The notes beneath the pieces were generated by a model. The model saw only the letters and a program-made list of their open reading frames with translations. It had not been told where the DNA came from and made no database searches. From Octopus vulgaris (lineage: Eukaryota), in assembly GCA_951406725.2 (NCBI GenBank), contig OX597825.1, positions 25,916,001 through 25,980,000 of the forward strand: a DNA stretch of 64,000 nt. The letters are read 5' to 3'. A program made the position numbers and the translations under genes. This document shows positions 26,591-41,170 of this stretch, one piece after another (positions within the stretch are counted from its first letter, which is position 1; each line of letters begins with the position of its first letter).

Positions 26591-27196
26591 TATATGTGTG
26601 TGTATGTGTGCGCGCGTGTGTGTGTGTGTGTTTGTGTGTGTGTGTTTGCGTGTGTGTGTGTGTGTGTGCATTCATTTAAATACTTTGATACAAATACACA
26701 TACATACCTTACAAAAGAATGCGAAGGAAAAGTCTTGATAAAAAAAAAAATATGTGATCTCTGGCTTTGCGATTCAAACGTTTGGCACTTAACTGAAGTT
26801 CATATGAACTGAACGCCGTCTGCAGTGATTTCATTCTTTTCGTCTCGATTTCTTTCTACTGAGCGTCTGCATATCTTCTCCTGTTTACATTGCAACGGAG
26901 AAATGTTGACATATTCTTAACTATTATTAATACATAATTATATATATATATATCTTCATAATTTCCAAACCGCCTTGTACAAATCTTGAACATTCGGAAA
27001 GCAAGATAGTAAAAAAAAAAAACTAATGAAAAAAATGGTGTTAAATCGTATTATTTTAAACGTATAATCGGTAGAAAGACAAAAAAAAACTGGTGGTAAA
27101 TGGAACCGTACCGAATGAAAAGGAATCTAATATTACTGAATCATTTCAACTTTATACAGATTTACCAGAGTATGCTGTGTCTATGTATTTGTAAGC

Positions 27197-27498
27197 ATGA
27201 TGGAATTCTTAACGCATCGTTCGAGTTATCAGGAAACTAATGGATCGAAGCATTGTAAGAGAAATTTCCACAACGGTTTCGGAAATCATCCCATTGGTCG
27301 TCTTTCCTCTTCCTATTCCTCTTCGTCTTTCCTTTCCTCCCCCTCCTCCTCCTCTTGTTCTACCTTGCATTCCTCCTCTTCCTCAACTTTATCGTCATCA
27401 ATATCTCTGTTACCACCTTCAGTACCGTCGTCGTCGTCATCATCGTCATCGTCATCGTCATCATCGTCGTCGTCGTTGTCGTCGATTTCATCGTCGTC

Positions 27499-27540
<42 letters not shown>

Positions 27541-27717
27541 GTCATCCTCGTCCGCAACATGGCAGTCACCATTCCTCTCTTGCTCCTCATTGTCATCGTC
27601 ACTATCACCTTCGTCATCGTCATCATCAACATCAGTTTCGTCTTCCCTGTCACCATCGGTGACAATTTCAGACACAGCAACAACAACAGCAACAGCAACA
27701 GAATCGCCATCAGAGCC

Positions 27718-27752
<35 letters not shown>

Positions 27753-28129
27753 CACCCCCGACACCACTACCACCACCACCACCACCACCACCACCACCAC
27801 CAACACCAACACCAACAATAAAAACAACAACAGCAAAGACACCCTCGTTATCATTATCACCATCATCACATCCGTCCTTACCGTCATCACCAATAGCAAC
27901 GTTGTCCACAACGAAACTACCAAGACTCATAACGGGATACGCCAGAGATGGCGGCGGGGACATCAGGACTTTGGGAGTCAAATACAGAGATGTAAAAGAC
28001 TGTTTGTTTCCAGGAGCTAGCAGTTTGCACTACCTCATCAACCACAACACAATCATAGTGGAGAACAATGAACAAAACACCAACAGCCAGTGCTACACCG
28101 ACGATAGTAATCTTCCTAGTGGCCATTAT
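27197..28129 (+). CDS. Candidate coding exon: Ser/Thr/Pro low-complexity tract flanked by complex sequence; product unknown
   Basis: Open frame from ATG 27197 with non-repetitive N-terminal (MMEFLTHRSSYQETNGSKHCKRNFHNGF) and C-terminal (KLPRLITGYARDGGGDIRTLGVKYRDVKDCLFPG...) parts; GTGAGT donor at 28130 in phase 0 after 311 codons; candidate acceptor tttatacAG at 27159. No recognised domain. Confidence 0.45.
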
Positions 28130-28454
28130 GTGAGTGTGGATAGTCGGAAGAAACGATTCATCTCATCGATACACAGGATATTGAGACATTTCTATCATTT
28201 TTATGCAAGAAGCTATTATTTACGCTAGTAGTTGGTGTGTTACTTATTTAAGTACATAAAAGACAAGTGAGAATGAAGGTAAAAAACGAGAATGCAATAA
28301 TGTTAGTATAAATGACGAACAAGCGAATGAAATATAACGGAAAAGTACATTCGATGAGAAAACTCAAATCCATTGTCGTGGGCTTCATCTTGATTATTAA
28401 ATCCAGAAATATTAGACAATCAAGATAAAATCCATCAGACTGTATACATACATC

Positions 28455-28488
<34 letters not shown>

Positions 28489-29290
28489 TATATATATGTA
28501 TGTATGTATTAATGTGTATATATATATTTATTTATATAGGTATGTATGTATGTATGTATGTACGTAAGTCTATATATATATGTATGTATGTATGTATCTC
28601 TATATATATGTATGTATGTCTATATATATATATGTATATATGTATTTATGTATGTATGTATGTATGTATGTATGTATGTATGTATTTGTATGCATATTTG
28701 CTTGTATATATGTCACGAAAGGCTTGGTTGGCGGCCCAGCATTCGGAGTTCCTCTACAGGGAAAAACTGAAGGACCGCTGCAATAAGAGTGTGAATCTGA
28801 GAGGGAAATTTGTTAAATAAAATCATAATTAAGCGATCCTCCTGTTTTTCTTTTACCCAAAGCCAGGAACTATTCAGCACCCTTCCCCCCCGTATATGTA
28901 AGCGAATATTCATGCGTGTGAAGTTTTTAACAAACCCTTGATCTGAAATATCACCCATGATCAAATGCGCCTTTCTAGTCGATAAGTATGGGTCACACAC
29001 CAGAAAATGATTGTTACTTCCCAGGTAGCAAGACTATGTATATTATTTGTTATGGATATCATTTGCCAATAGCCATTAAAAAAAGGCAGGGTCTCATCAA
29101 GGAAATGCAATCTAAGATACCCAACAGGTATTTTTTGACAACAATTTTTCTCATGTTATTTTCTCTAAATAATAACAGATAATGCGCAAACGTCAGTCGA
29201 ATTTAATAAATGATTTTATAATGAAATACAGGTACCTGTGCGGTAGTGTAAACTTCCCACATATCAACACGCATACACTTCGCCCATCAG

Positions 29291-29347
<57 letters not shown>

Positions 29348-29530
29348 GACGTTGTTTTTAAGTTTGCTCCAGTTCACTCATCTGTAAAAATGAGTTGCGA
29401 CGTCAAGCTTTATCGGCTTTTGCGTAGAGTGGAGAGGCTGGTATGCATTGACGTTTGCTAGTCTCCTGTGCCCCGGAGGGGAAAATTTTAGGTACAATCA
29501 CATGGTCATTCATGACCGAAGGGGTCCTTA
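29348..29530 (+). mobile_element. CORE-type SINE fragment (family C)
   Basis: ttgctccagttcactcatctgtaaaaatgagttgcgacgtca ... catgaccgaagg matches 31643-32185. Confidence 0.7.
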
Positions 29531-30777
29531 TATAATATCATTAAATATCAATTATTTTCCTGGTATAGTCAAATCTCTGGCAATCACACCTCCTCTCTAA
29601 ACAAAGTTGATATTTTTCTCGCTGCTATACACAAACCTCCAAGCGCCAACTTATTTTGTCACTATTGTGTCGGTTCACAGGGGCCTTATTTCCACTACTC
29701 AAATCGCATGCAAATCTTACATGACATCTTCCGACCTTTCAGAACTATTGATTATTATATCAGCTTTATCAGAGACTTATCGGAAACAGCTAAACCTACA
29801 GTGAAAATCAGATTCTTAGACATAACAACCTCCACATAACAACCTCACAGAGTTTCACGCCCTTAAGTAACACCAGTTGGTACAGTCATTGATCCACTGC
29901 AACATTTTTGACTCTTACAAACTTGACAGTTGGTATCAATAACTCTGGCTCAGTAACAAAGCCGTCCGTGAATTCTTCACTCCTGTATTTGACCCTGTCG
30001 CCAAATACAACTGATCCTGTAGGTCTTTTGTCAATTGGAACTCTTCCAACTTTGCGGGGGAGTACCCCTTTCATATATATATATAGGTATGTGTATTTGT
30101 GTGACATGATGACATGAGGATATATGTGTGCATTGATGCATGTGTTTACGTATGCGTTTTGTATATTTGAGTTGTCTTCATTTGGAGGTATACAAGTTAG
30201 TATACGATACACTGTATACTTGTAATACTGAAGAAAAATATAATGGATGGCTATGGACGAATTCTATTTGATCATACGTATGTTCGATCAAGGTTACCGT
30301 AATACTAAACGTGGCCAACAATCCTGTTGATTTTCACTGAGTAGGGAGACGATCTACAAAAAAAAAATGTAAAGTATAGAAATACTCGTGATGCAACGAT
30401 ATAAATAAAGAAACCATGCGTGAAATTACCATTATATAAATTACATACCAAGGTAAGAGAAGCAATATTAGGACATGGCACAAATAGCTATAACCCCCAA
30501 AATAAAAAATAGAACCAATGGTAACTCTGATAATCAACAACTTCGCAAGAAATGTTATTACAGCACTTAAAACAACGTACTGAAGGTTACAACCGTTAAT
30601 TATACGACAGCCATATTCTCTCCTCAGATTCCTGAATGCAAATCTAATGAACTTAAATCCATGCAATTAAAATACAATAATTGAGGTAACTCAACTGGGG
30701 TAACACAACTACACTTTTGATAATGAATTTTATGTAACAATTAGTATTGGTTTTTACAATTATCATTTTCGGCAACT

Positions 30778-30958
<181 letters not shown>

Positions 30959-30968
30959 TGGTGTATAG

Positions 30969-31027
<59 letters not shown>

Positions 31028-31138
31028 GAGATAGGGGTTGAAAATTCAACCCACCATGGGATAACATATATCCAATATACATATATATATATGTATCTGT
31101 CTGTCTGTATATGTATTTACATATATGTATGTATATTT

Positions 31139-31193
<55 letters not shown>

Positions 31194-31642
31194 CCTGTGT
31201 GTAATTACACACACGCATACAAAGTTCCTTGTATACTTTTGACAGTGCTTTTCCTTTTAAGTCTGAGGCTTGAATGAGCAAATCGTCGATAGATATTATC
31301 CTGCTTTTGAAGTGTGCTCGTGTTTAATTTCCATTCATTATTTCATTCCATTTAGATTTTAAATAGACATGAAGAGTATTTACAACTACCCGTAATAGGC
31401 TGCTGAGGCACTAGATATTTTCTGATGTATATTCGTGAAATATCTCCGTCAACTAGCAGTCCTTATTTGTATTTGCAAAATTATTTGTGAAATTATATTC
31501 AAAAAACTTTAAGGATATTGTATATTTTTCGTATAATCCTCAAGAATCAACAATGGTGTGCAATATGACTTGTGAGATTCTTCGGTAGCCATAGAATCGT
31601 TGTGGTATTCGATTTAACACGTGTCTTCGTTAGCATATTGAA

Positions 31643-32185
31643 GGCGCATAGCTCAGTGGTAAGAGCGTTAGGCTTACAATCACGAGGTAGCGAGTTCGAT
31701 TTCTGGACCGGAATCTTTCTTGTGTTCTTGAGCGAGACACTTTATTTCCTTTTGCTCCAGCTCCCTCAGCTGTAGAAACGAGTTGCGACGTCACTGGTGT
31801 CAAACTTTATCGGCTTTTCCCTTTCTCTTGGGCAACATCAATGGAGAGGCGAGGCTAGTCTTCTGTTGGTCTTCCATAAACAAACTTACTCGGACTTGTG
31901 CTACGGCGAGCTGGCAGAATCGTTAGCATGCCGGACGAAATGCTTAGCTGTATTTCACCTGCCACTACGTTCTGGGTTCAAATTCCGCCGAGGTCGACTT
32001 TGCCTTTCATCCTTTCGGGGTCGATTAAATAAGTACCAGTTACGCACTGGCGTCGATATAATCGACTTAATCCCTTTGTCTGTCCTTGTTTGTCCTCTCT
32101 GTGTGTAGCCCCTTGTGGGTAATAAAGAAAGAGGTAACTTTCCGGATATAATCCCATGACCGAAGGTGATGTCTTTACCATTTAA
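31643..32185 (+). mobile_element. tRNA-derived CORE-type SINE (family C) with nested SINE B at 31905-32132
   Basis: tagctcagtggtaagagc A box, gagttcgatt B box, CORE-like tgtgttcttgagcgagacacttta..ctcagctgtagaaa; the sequence resumes after the SINE B insert. Confidence 0.78.
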
Positions 32186-33357
32186 CCATCTTTAGCGTGT
32201 AAAGAGTTGAAATATCAGATGTATTTTATTCCTTAGTATCATGTACTTTGATATATCACACGTACTTTTTTCCTGTGTTTATTAACCTTTATTCTTCTGC
32301 CTTTCAGCTGATAATTTTTGCGAGATAATTCTTGCCTTACATTCCTTGAATATATTTTTGAGAAAAATATTTATGTTTGCGTATGTTGTTTTCTTCTTAT
32401 CGTCAAATTTCCCTGTCCAGCCAAAATTCTGAAGACACAAAATTTCTAGTCAGCCGTAGATCAAAACTCATGAAACCGGCTCATTCATCTATCTGTCATT
32501 TTCCACTCACAGACACACATACAGATATATACATATATCTCTGTGTGTGTATTCATATATAGACACATAAAAATGTGTGTGCACACACACACACAGAAAA
32601 ATATATGTGATACATTCCCAGATACACACGCACGCACACGTGTATATATATACGTATGTATATATATGAATGTATTTATATGTATCATGGTTATGATGCG
32701 TTTATAATGCATTGCTTTTGCAGTGCGGGATCCGTTCATAGAAAGGTAGGCAGCCGTATCGCCAAGCAGTATAAATAGAATATTCCGTGCAGTACAGCAT
32801 TCGCGTGGTTGCACACACGCATCAGAGGGGGGTATTGGGTGACTGCTACCGAACGTAATTTCTTGTATAACAATATAGCCGGTCGCATGTGACGACATCT
32901 AGGAAATATACCGGAAGTTAAACGATAGGCAAGATATGAAACTAACGAATCCTAATTAATTCATTAGATTCTTCTCAGGAATCCATATTAAATCACAGAA
33001 AGATTTGCTAATTATTTCCTTAATATTTCCCACAGATCTTCCGATTATTGAATTAATTATTTGGAAATAAATCTACTCATGTGATCATAACACAGATAAT
33101 CCTTAAGCAGATATTCCTAATACACAAGAATGAACAATTATTATCATTTTGAAATTACGTTTATGTCGTTAATTTAAAGAAGTGGTGTTCTTAACTGAGT
33201 TTCGTGCGGCGATTGCCGTTCAAAGAATAACTTTCCACGGCGTTTCCTCCACGGCACAAGATACACTGAGGAACACACCCACATGAATGTATACATGACT
33301 ATGGATTTGCGTGTAGTATGTGTGCGCATGCATGTGGGTGCGTGCATGTCTGTGTTC

Positions 33358-33437
<80 letters not shown>

Positions 33438-33479
33438 ACAGTCATATATATATATAAAAAATTATATATATATATCTTT

Positions 33480-33731
33480 TAGGAGAACCTTATACTATCG
33501 GGCTCTTATGCCGAACCGCTATGTCACAGGGATGTAAACACACTGACACACAGATACATATACATATATATACCACGGGATTCTTTCAGTGTCCGTCTAT
33601 CAAACCCACTCACGAGGCTTGATTGGCCCGAGTCTATAGTAGAAAACACTTACCCAAAGTGCTAAACAATAGTGCTGAACCAGAACCATGTGGTTGGGAA
33701 GCAAGCTTTTTATCACACAACCGCTCCTGCG

Positions 33732-33733
<2 letters not shown>
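33480..33733 (-). mobile_element. SINE family A, partial
   Basis: gccgaaccgcta, ttctttcagt, ccactcac.aggctt, accatgtggttgg, ctcctgcgcc. Confidence 0.8.
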
Positions 33734-33782
<49 letters not shown>

Positions 33783-34602
33783 ATGTATGTATATGTATGT
33801 TCGTGTGTGTGTGTGTGTGTGTGTGCATGTAATACAGAACTATTTTCATTATTGAAATACTTTGAGGCGTCGAGCTGGATAATCGTTAGCATATCGACAA
33901 AATGCTTAGTGGAATTTCTTCTGGATTACGTTCCGAGTTCACATTCCGCCGAGGTAGACTCTGCCTTTCATCCTTTCCGGGTCGATAAAAATATGTACCA
34001 GTTGAACACTGGAAAGAAAGGGAGCGATGTAAACAAGAAGCTCCACAATAAAATAAAATTTCAGGCTTTGTTCCTAATGTTGAACGAACCATTGAACCCT
34101 TTTTCGCACTAAATTTATAATTTTAAAGTTAGTCTCAATCAGGCATTCTGATTAATTAAAAAGAAAATTTGCTTATTTCTATAAATATTTATGAATAAGT
34201 ATGTGATAATTAGATTTCTATTACCATTATTCGTATTGGATTTAATTAGGATTATTATTATTATTTATAAGAAAGACCAAAATGGGAAATAGACCCACGG
34301 CCAGTCAAAAGAAGAACAAGATATTCCAGTGCAAAAATAAAAGATACCCCGGTTATCATTTAACAATATTGACAGAGTATGAGGGTGTGTGTAACGATGG
34401 AAAAGACGGTGATCAGAAGAATGTGAGTATAAAACGCTTAGCTAATAGCTGAATACGTGGAAAGAAACACTTGAGACCTGCAAAGCAGGTCTTCAGGGAA
34501 GAAACCTCACTCAGACTGAATTTGGGCCCTTAATTTTTTACACTGTAAGAGGGCTGGGCCGCATCTAGGTCATGATTCTTAAGTACTTGGATATCAGAGA
34601 CT

Positions 34603-34830
34603 TACTCTTTTACTCTTTTACTTGTTTCAGTCATTTGACTGCGGCCATGCTGGAGCACCGCCTTTAGTCGAGCAAATCGACCCCGGGACTTATTCTTTTG
34701 TAAGCCTAGTACTTATTCTATCGGTCTCTTTTGCCGAACCGCTAAGTAACGGGGAAATAAACACACCAGCATCGGTTGTCAAGCAATGCTAGGGGGACAA
34801 ACACAGACACACATATACACACACATATAC

Positions 34831-34891
<61 letters not shown>

Positions 34892-35062
34892 CATATATAC
34901 GACGGGCTTCTTTCAGTTTCCGTCTACCAAATCCACTCACAAGGCTTTGGTCGGCCCGAGGCAATAGTAGAAGACACTTGCCCAAGGTGCCACGCAGTGG
35001 GACTGAACCCGGAACCATGTGGTTGGTAAACAAGCTACTTATCACACAGCCACTCCTGCACC
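34603..35062 (-). mobile_element. SINE family A, full length and young-looking
   Basis: Complete head, internal TA tract and tail; used here as the reference copy. Confidence 0.92.
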
Positions 35063-35329
35063 TTGTGCATTTAAACCCTTTAGTGATTCATTAGTTCTAA
35101 CGATCTCGTTGACTCAGCTTTCTAGCTAATACTCTAAGAAGAATTAACGTTCTTTGTCATGGTAGCTGTGAAACGTCAACGTTATCGTAATGAATAACCA
35201 CTCAGGTTGATTCTCTGTAGAGTTAAAATACAAAACTTATTCTTGACCAAATCCATCTGGAAAATCCTCTCCACCGTCTCTTATATTGTCTTTAAAACTT
35301 TTATCCTGTTATTCTCAGAGACTGAGAAT

Positions 35330-36480
35330 TGTTTCATTAGATCGTAAGCAGATTTGCCCACGCAACCTCTCCCTCTAATCTCTGGTGGTAAGAACCTTGT
35401 CTTGAAAGTTGGTTTCCCTCAGGCTAGTGGTCAAACTGGCGTATTTTTCGGTCTGCACTATGTGTGCTTCCTATATTCTACTTTAAATTAGAAAGGTGAG
35501 TTCAATCAAAATCAGTTACTTTGAGGAAGTGGAATGGAGAACGATATCCGGCCACGAGCCACACTTCGGGATGATTTCTGGTTATTGCCTTATCCTGGGA
35601 GGTTTCCTGAACGTTCCGGCCATCTACACTACCCAGAAGACTCCATTCCCGTGCCCCGTATGACCTAGCTGTTCCTGGCTATAGTTTGCTGTCCCCAGCC
35701 ATGTTGGATACTGTTGGAAATTTTGGTGCTATGGATTTTACTCTGGTCATACTTATGAGGTGTAAAATCTTAAGCACTTGAGTGTGCCTCTACGAGCACC
35801 TTCCTTGGGTTAGAGATACTCTGCAGGAGTTCAAAATGTATTCCATTGTTTGCCTACCTCGGTAGAGTGGAAATTCAGAATTATCTGATTTACCCTCATC
35901 CACCACTACCTTCACTAGGTTCGTATTCAAAGGCAGAAGATCATAGATAGACCTTACGATAAAACTTATTCTGAGAGGCGCTAAATTCCGCAACTCGTTC
36001 CAGCTGAGGTACTTCTGGAATGTCCCTTCCTATGTCCTATTGCCTCTGCTATGCTGCCTTCCGGCTCTATACTCTCTTCTGTGCTGCCTCTGCTGTACTA
36101 TCTTCCCAATTCTTATCGTCTCCTCTTCTTTTATAAACTCCTGTAAAATCAGATCTTTCCTCCACTATGCCCTGGTTTCTGACCATCTTTCCACTTTTGT
36201 GATGCTCAGTTCTTTCCTATTGGTCTGAGTGTGTTCCTTTATTTCTCTGATCTAAAGGCTTTATTTTGCCTCATCTATCACCTCTTGGACTTTCCACTTC
36301 ATGCATCTCTTCAGTTTAGGCCGGATCGATCTCACAACCTTGTGTTTCGAGCTTTCAAGCACGATTAAGAGCCTTGCAGGTCCGACTTTGTAATTCCTCA
36401 ATGATGGGCTTGAGATGTAGCTCCAGCTTGGCCTGGCAACAGGAATGTGCATCACCTGAAAGACCTGGAGGGAAACAAAC
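35330..36480 (-). mobile_element. Decayed HERO-like (RLE-bearing) non-LTR retrotransposon, C-terminal region
   Basis: LSWNELRNLAPLRISFIVRSIYDLLP; QTMEYILNSCRVSLTQGRCS*RHTQVL (decayed CCHC/RHN region); WPDIVLHSTSSK*LILIELT (PD..E nuclease motif). Confidence 0.82.
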
Positions 36481-36885
36481 CAACTTCCTTGTCAACTTAT
36501 TGATTTTGGCTTCCGTGTTTTCCACTGAATATGAGTTATGGCTACAACAGAAATCACGAATGAGGGATTTAGAAAAAACGGATAAGTTTTACATAAATGT
36601 CCGAATGCAAGTAAAATCCGAGAGACAAAACCACATCTAAGTTCAACAGAGGGCAAATGTAGAAAGTTGAAACTGTTAAACGATTCACATCATTCCTCAT
36701 TCCGCCAGCACACCCATTTCTTGTTGTGTCACTCACTCTTCCTGCCTGCTGCCTGTCTATTTGTATTACAGTTTGGTTTGACTTCAGAACAAAATTGTGA
36801 GAATATTCATTATACATAAACAACACACAAGCGCGGTCTGTCTCACACTCTTTCTCTAACTCATGGCACCTCTGTGTGTGGGTAT

Positions 36886-36995
<110 letters not shown>

Positions 36996-37813
36996 ATGTG
37001 TGTACATGTGTGTGTGTGTATGTATGTATATATTGAAAATGCACACCCAAACGAATACATATATGTATATGTGTGTATGGCTATATGTTTACATAGGAAC
37101 ATACATGTGCTTACATACGTATGCGCGTGCATATATACGTGTGTGTAAGTGTGTGTAAGTGTGTATGAGAGAAAGAGAGAGAGAAAAGAGAGAATTAGAA
37201 AGAGAGAAAGAAAGAGAAAGAGAGAGAGTGTGTGTGTTTGAAGACGGGTATATTTGCTACGATTTACACTTGAGAAACAAGAAATCCAACCTTGAATTTA
37301 ACATATTTGTTCCTATGATACTTACACCCTTAAACAACCACAGCTTTACAACGCACAATCATATAACCACAGGCGCACCCACAGACACACAGAGAAAAAC
37401 TCAGCCACACTCACATTCATATTCACTCCCATACTATTACAGATGTGTACGTGTTATGAACAGGTTTGTAAGCGTGAGTGTGTGGTGCGTGTGAATGCGA
37501 TACCTGTCCATTATGCTTCATTTCAGTAAAGATATAAATGAATATGTCCAAGAAATGGAAGTGAGAAAGGTAAAGAAAAGCGGTGTTAATTTATCGCATT
37601 CATGGGAGAGCAATTTCAGTTTTCTATCGCTCACATATGCATATTTACATGAGATATTTACATGCAGACAATCACACATAACATACAATTATATATATAT
37701 ATATATATGTATTTGCATATATATATATATATATATATGTATGTATATATATGCATATATATATATATGCAAATACATGTTATGTGTGAGTGTCTGCATG
37801 TAAATATTTCATG

Positions 37814-37875
<62 letters not shown>

Positions 37876-38177
37876 TATATACTCATACATATATATATAC
37901 ATATATATGTATATATATATATGTATGCATGTAGATGTGTTTATATATATATATATATACATATATATATGCATATGTGTGTATATATATGTTTATATAT
38001 ACATGCATATATATGTGTATGCGTGTGTGCATGTGTGTGTCTGAGTGTATGTAAGCTAATACTTATATATACATATAGATGTACAAACACATACATATAT
38101 AGTATACACATACATGTATCAATGTTATCTGTGTGTGTATATATATATGTATATATATACATACATACATACATACA

Positions 38178-38213
<36 letters not shown>

Positions 38214-39904
38214 CATATATATATATACATATATATATGTTAACGTACATGCATACATTCATACATATAAATATTTATGTTTACTGAAGTGACATTATAC
38301 GTTCGTGGATATGGACATAAATATTGAATACGACAATGTATATTACCTGTTATCGGTTATGTGTGTATATGTGTATTTGTAAGTGCGTATGTCTGTTTAT
38401 TCATTAATATGTGTTTGAATGCGAATATGATTGTTAAAACGTGGTGAAAGCGATCCTACCATAGAATAATGTATGGATACACTCATGATGAGAAATTGCG
38501 CTAAGAAATTTGAAGAGATATCGTGCAAGAACTCGCGGAAACTAAGATACTAATGTTCCAATAACAATATGCCCCATTTAACCACAGGCTATTCCATGTT
38601 GGTAACGAAATCTCACTTAGAATCATATTCAGTTTCTTTTTCCATGGTTGATTAATTTAATAACATAGAATGCCGTTTGGGATAACCTGGGTGGTAGATT
38701 GCCGTTAGAGAGGTTAGAAAGAAACGGTAAACCTAAGAAGTCCGTATTTCGCTTTATACCACAGGCGCTGCATGTGAACCTCGCTTTATTTATGTAACAT
38801 AACTACTAAAATATCTAGTTGTTTTGTAGTTTAGCGGCGAGCAGGAAGAATCGTTAGAATGCCGGTCGAATTGCATAGCAGGATTTCTTACAATTCTCAA
38901 CGTTCTGAAATGAAATGCTGACTTGATCCTTCCATGGTAAAATGATGCTCAATTCTCGCATGGGGTTCATATGATAGGCTATCTCTCTCACTAAAGCTGT
39001 TGGCCGTGTGCCAACATCCTAAAGTAGATATTAACTCAAGCATAGCTTTGATAAAGCAGTCGTACGACTAACGCCGTTTCAAAACAGACCATCACAGCGT
39101 TTCTTTTTACAGACACTGTAAATGTACAGTTCTTTTTCTAACGACGACAGAATTTGATTTGAGCAAGATTGTGTCCGTGAGCGAACACTTAAATACTTCT
39201 GCCATACATACAATTAATGGCAGCCATGTTTTATTTCCGTATTTCTCAATGGATTGTGATGCCGGCATGAAATCATTGTCATTCGGTGACCTAGACCACA
39301 GGAAATGTATATTCGACCTTGTTATAGGTCAAACACACATCCTTACTTGTTTAGTATGAGAAGGTAAGAAAGTTCTTCTTCAGTATAAGAAGTAGTAGTG
39401 AACGCAGTTTCTCTGCATTCTAATTATTCAGAAACATTTATATAATGTTTTTCCTGTTATATTTTGTTGTTTTGATTTGCAGGAAAACATAGCACCCATG
39501 ACCTCCATAGTATCCATAGTACTAATAACCTCCTTATGTTCCCTATGAATAGCTATAAATGAGAGTTACCAGACGTGATCATAGGAAGCGAGGTAATTTC
39601 ACAGGCCTGATGTTTAGCGCTGTGCTTAAGTGGGATGGAGGCGAAACCCTGTAGGTAATGAAATGAAAGTCGAGAGATAGAAGGTGGGCCTGAGAAAAAG
39701 TGTGGTGCGTCGGGCCAATATCAAGTAGGGTATACCACGTGTTTAACATATCTGGCTCTTGAGCCTGACAAATGTTAACCTGTGTCTTAACGAATTCGAG
39801 CCATTATGTTCAGTGGTATTATTTGGCTGTACCATTTGATATCGGCATGTGATAATTAAATTATGAAGACCAGCATCAAGTGTGAATCAAAGATTGGTCT
39901 CATG

Positions 39905-40107
39905 TTTTGGCACAAGGTCAGTAATTTCTACAAGGGCATAAGACGATTACATTGACCCCAGAACTCAACTGGTACTTATTTTATCGACCCCGAAAGGACG
40001 AAAGGCAAAGTCGACCTCGGCAGAATTTGAACCCAGAAGGTCAAGACAGACGGAAGGCTCCAAGATATTTTACCTTGCCTAGTAACGAGTCTGCCAGCTG
40101 GTCGCCT
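39905..40107 (-). mobile_element. SINE family B, variant tail
   Basis: ctggtacttattttatcgaccccgaaaggacgaaaggcaaagtcgacctcgg ... ctgccagctggtcgcc. Confidence 0.8.
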
Positions 40108-40322
40108 CAGAATATTGGTAACAACATAAATAGCATTGATTATGTTGTTTTCCTAACACTTAGAGCTCTACTAAAGCAAAACCTATTTTGTCGTTGGATT
40201 AATTTGATCTTTAGAAATAGGGCAAACGCAGTATAATGTTCTTTGCTTGTGGTGATAAATCTGCCAAAAAAAAAAGAGAAAATAATAATAATAATAATAA
40301 TAATAGTAATAATAATAATAAT

Positions 40323-40426
<104 letters not shown>

Positions 40427-41011
40427 TAATAACAATATAGGTGATGGTTGGAAAAATATTGAAACCTTCACACAAAGCAAACATTCATGACGGAAGAAAC
40501 CCGCTGAATATTTTAGAAAGTTAATGACTGATTAATGCAGCGAAATTAATCAATTATCAAACCATGACTATTTCAAACATAGCAATAGTAGTAGTAGTCG
40601 TAGTTACAGGAATAGTAGTAATAGTAGGAAGCAGCAGTAGTAATAGTTCCAACCGCTGTAACAGCACGTACTGTAGGACCTTGGTTTTCTGCTTCCCAAG
40701 CACCAACCACACAAAAAACAAGGAATTTGGATAGACATGTTTTAACAGGAACACTTGTACACAATACGTGCGCGGGTACACATGCACTCTCACACTCACA
40801 CTGACGCGTGCGCGCTCAATAAGAAAATCTGATAAACACATACATAACACACGCACACACAAAATACATACCCACACTAACACACATTCTCTCTCTCCCT
40901 CTTTCTCCGTCTCTCTTCCTCTTTCTCCTCTGCTCTCTCCCTCTCACTTCCTCTTTCTCCTCTGCTCTCTCTCTCCCTCTTTCTCCTCTGCTCTCTCTCT
41001 CTCACACACAC

Positions 41012-41042
<31 letters not shown>

Positions 41043-41078
41043 AGCACACAGACACACGCATGTAGTCATCGTCATCAC

Positions 41079-41111
<33 letters not shown>

Positions 41112-41113
41112 TC

Positions 41114-41170
<57 letters not shown>

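Noticed and set aside
29222-29296. Minus-strand CTGATGG with a long hairpin and the palindrome ACAGGTACCTGT
   Set aside because: Core is mutated and GAAA is missing.
29886-30117. Overlapping ORFs of complex sequence on both strands
   Set aside because: No recognisable motif or convincing splice sites.
31643-31715. tRNA gene (also the heads at 55985, 59840 and 8712)
   Set aside because: A/B boxes are present, but they continue into SINE bodies and lack a proper acceptor stem.
32760-32925. TATA-like TATAAATA plus CCGGAAGT as a promoter
   Set aside because: Short motifs are common in AT-rich DNA, and no linked exon was seen.
34470-34502. Hairpin AGACCTGC-AAA-GCAGGTCT next to a minus-strand CTGAAGA
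   Set aside because: GAAA is absent; at best a decayed Penelope-type motif.
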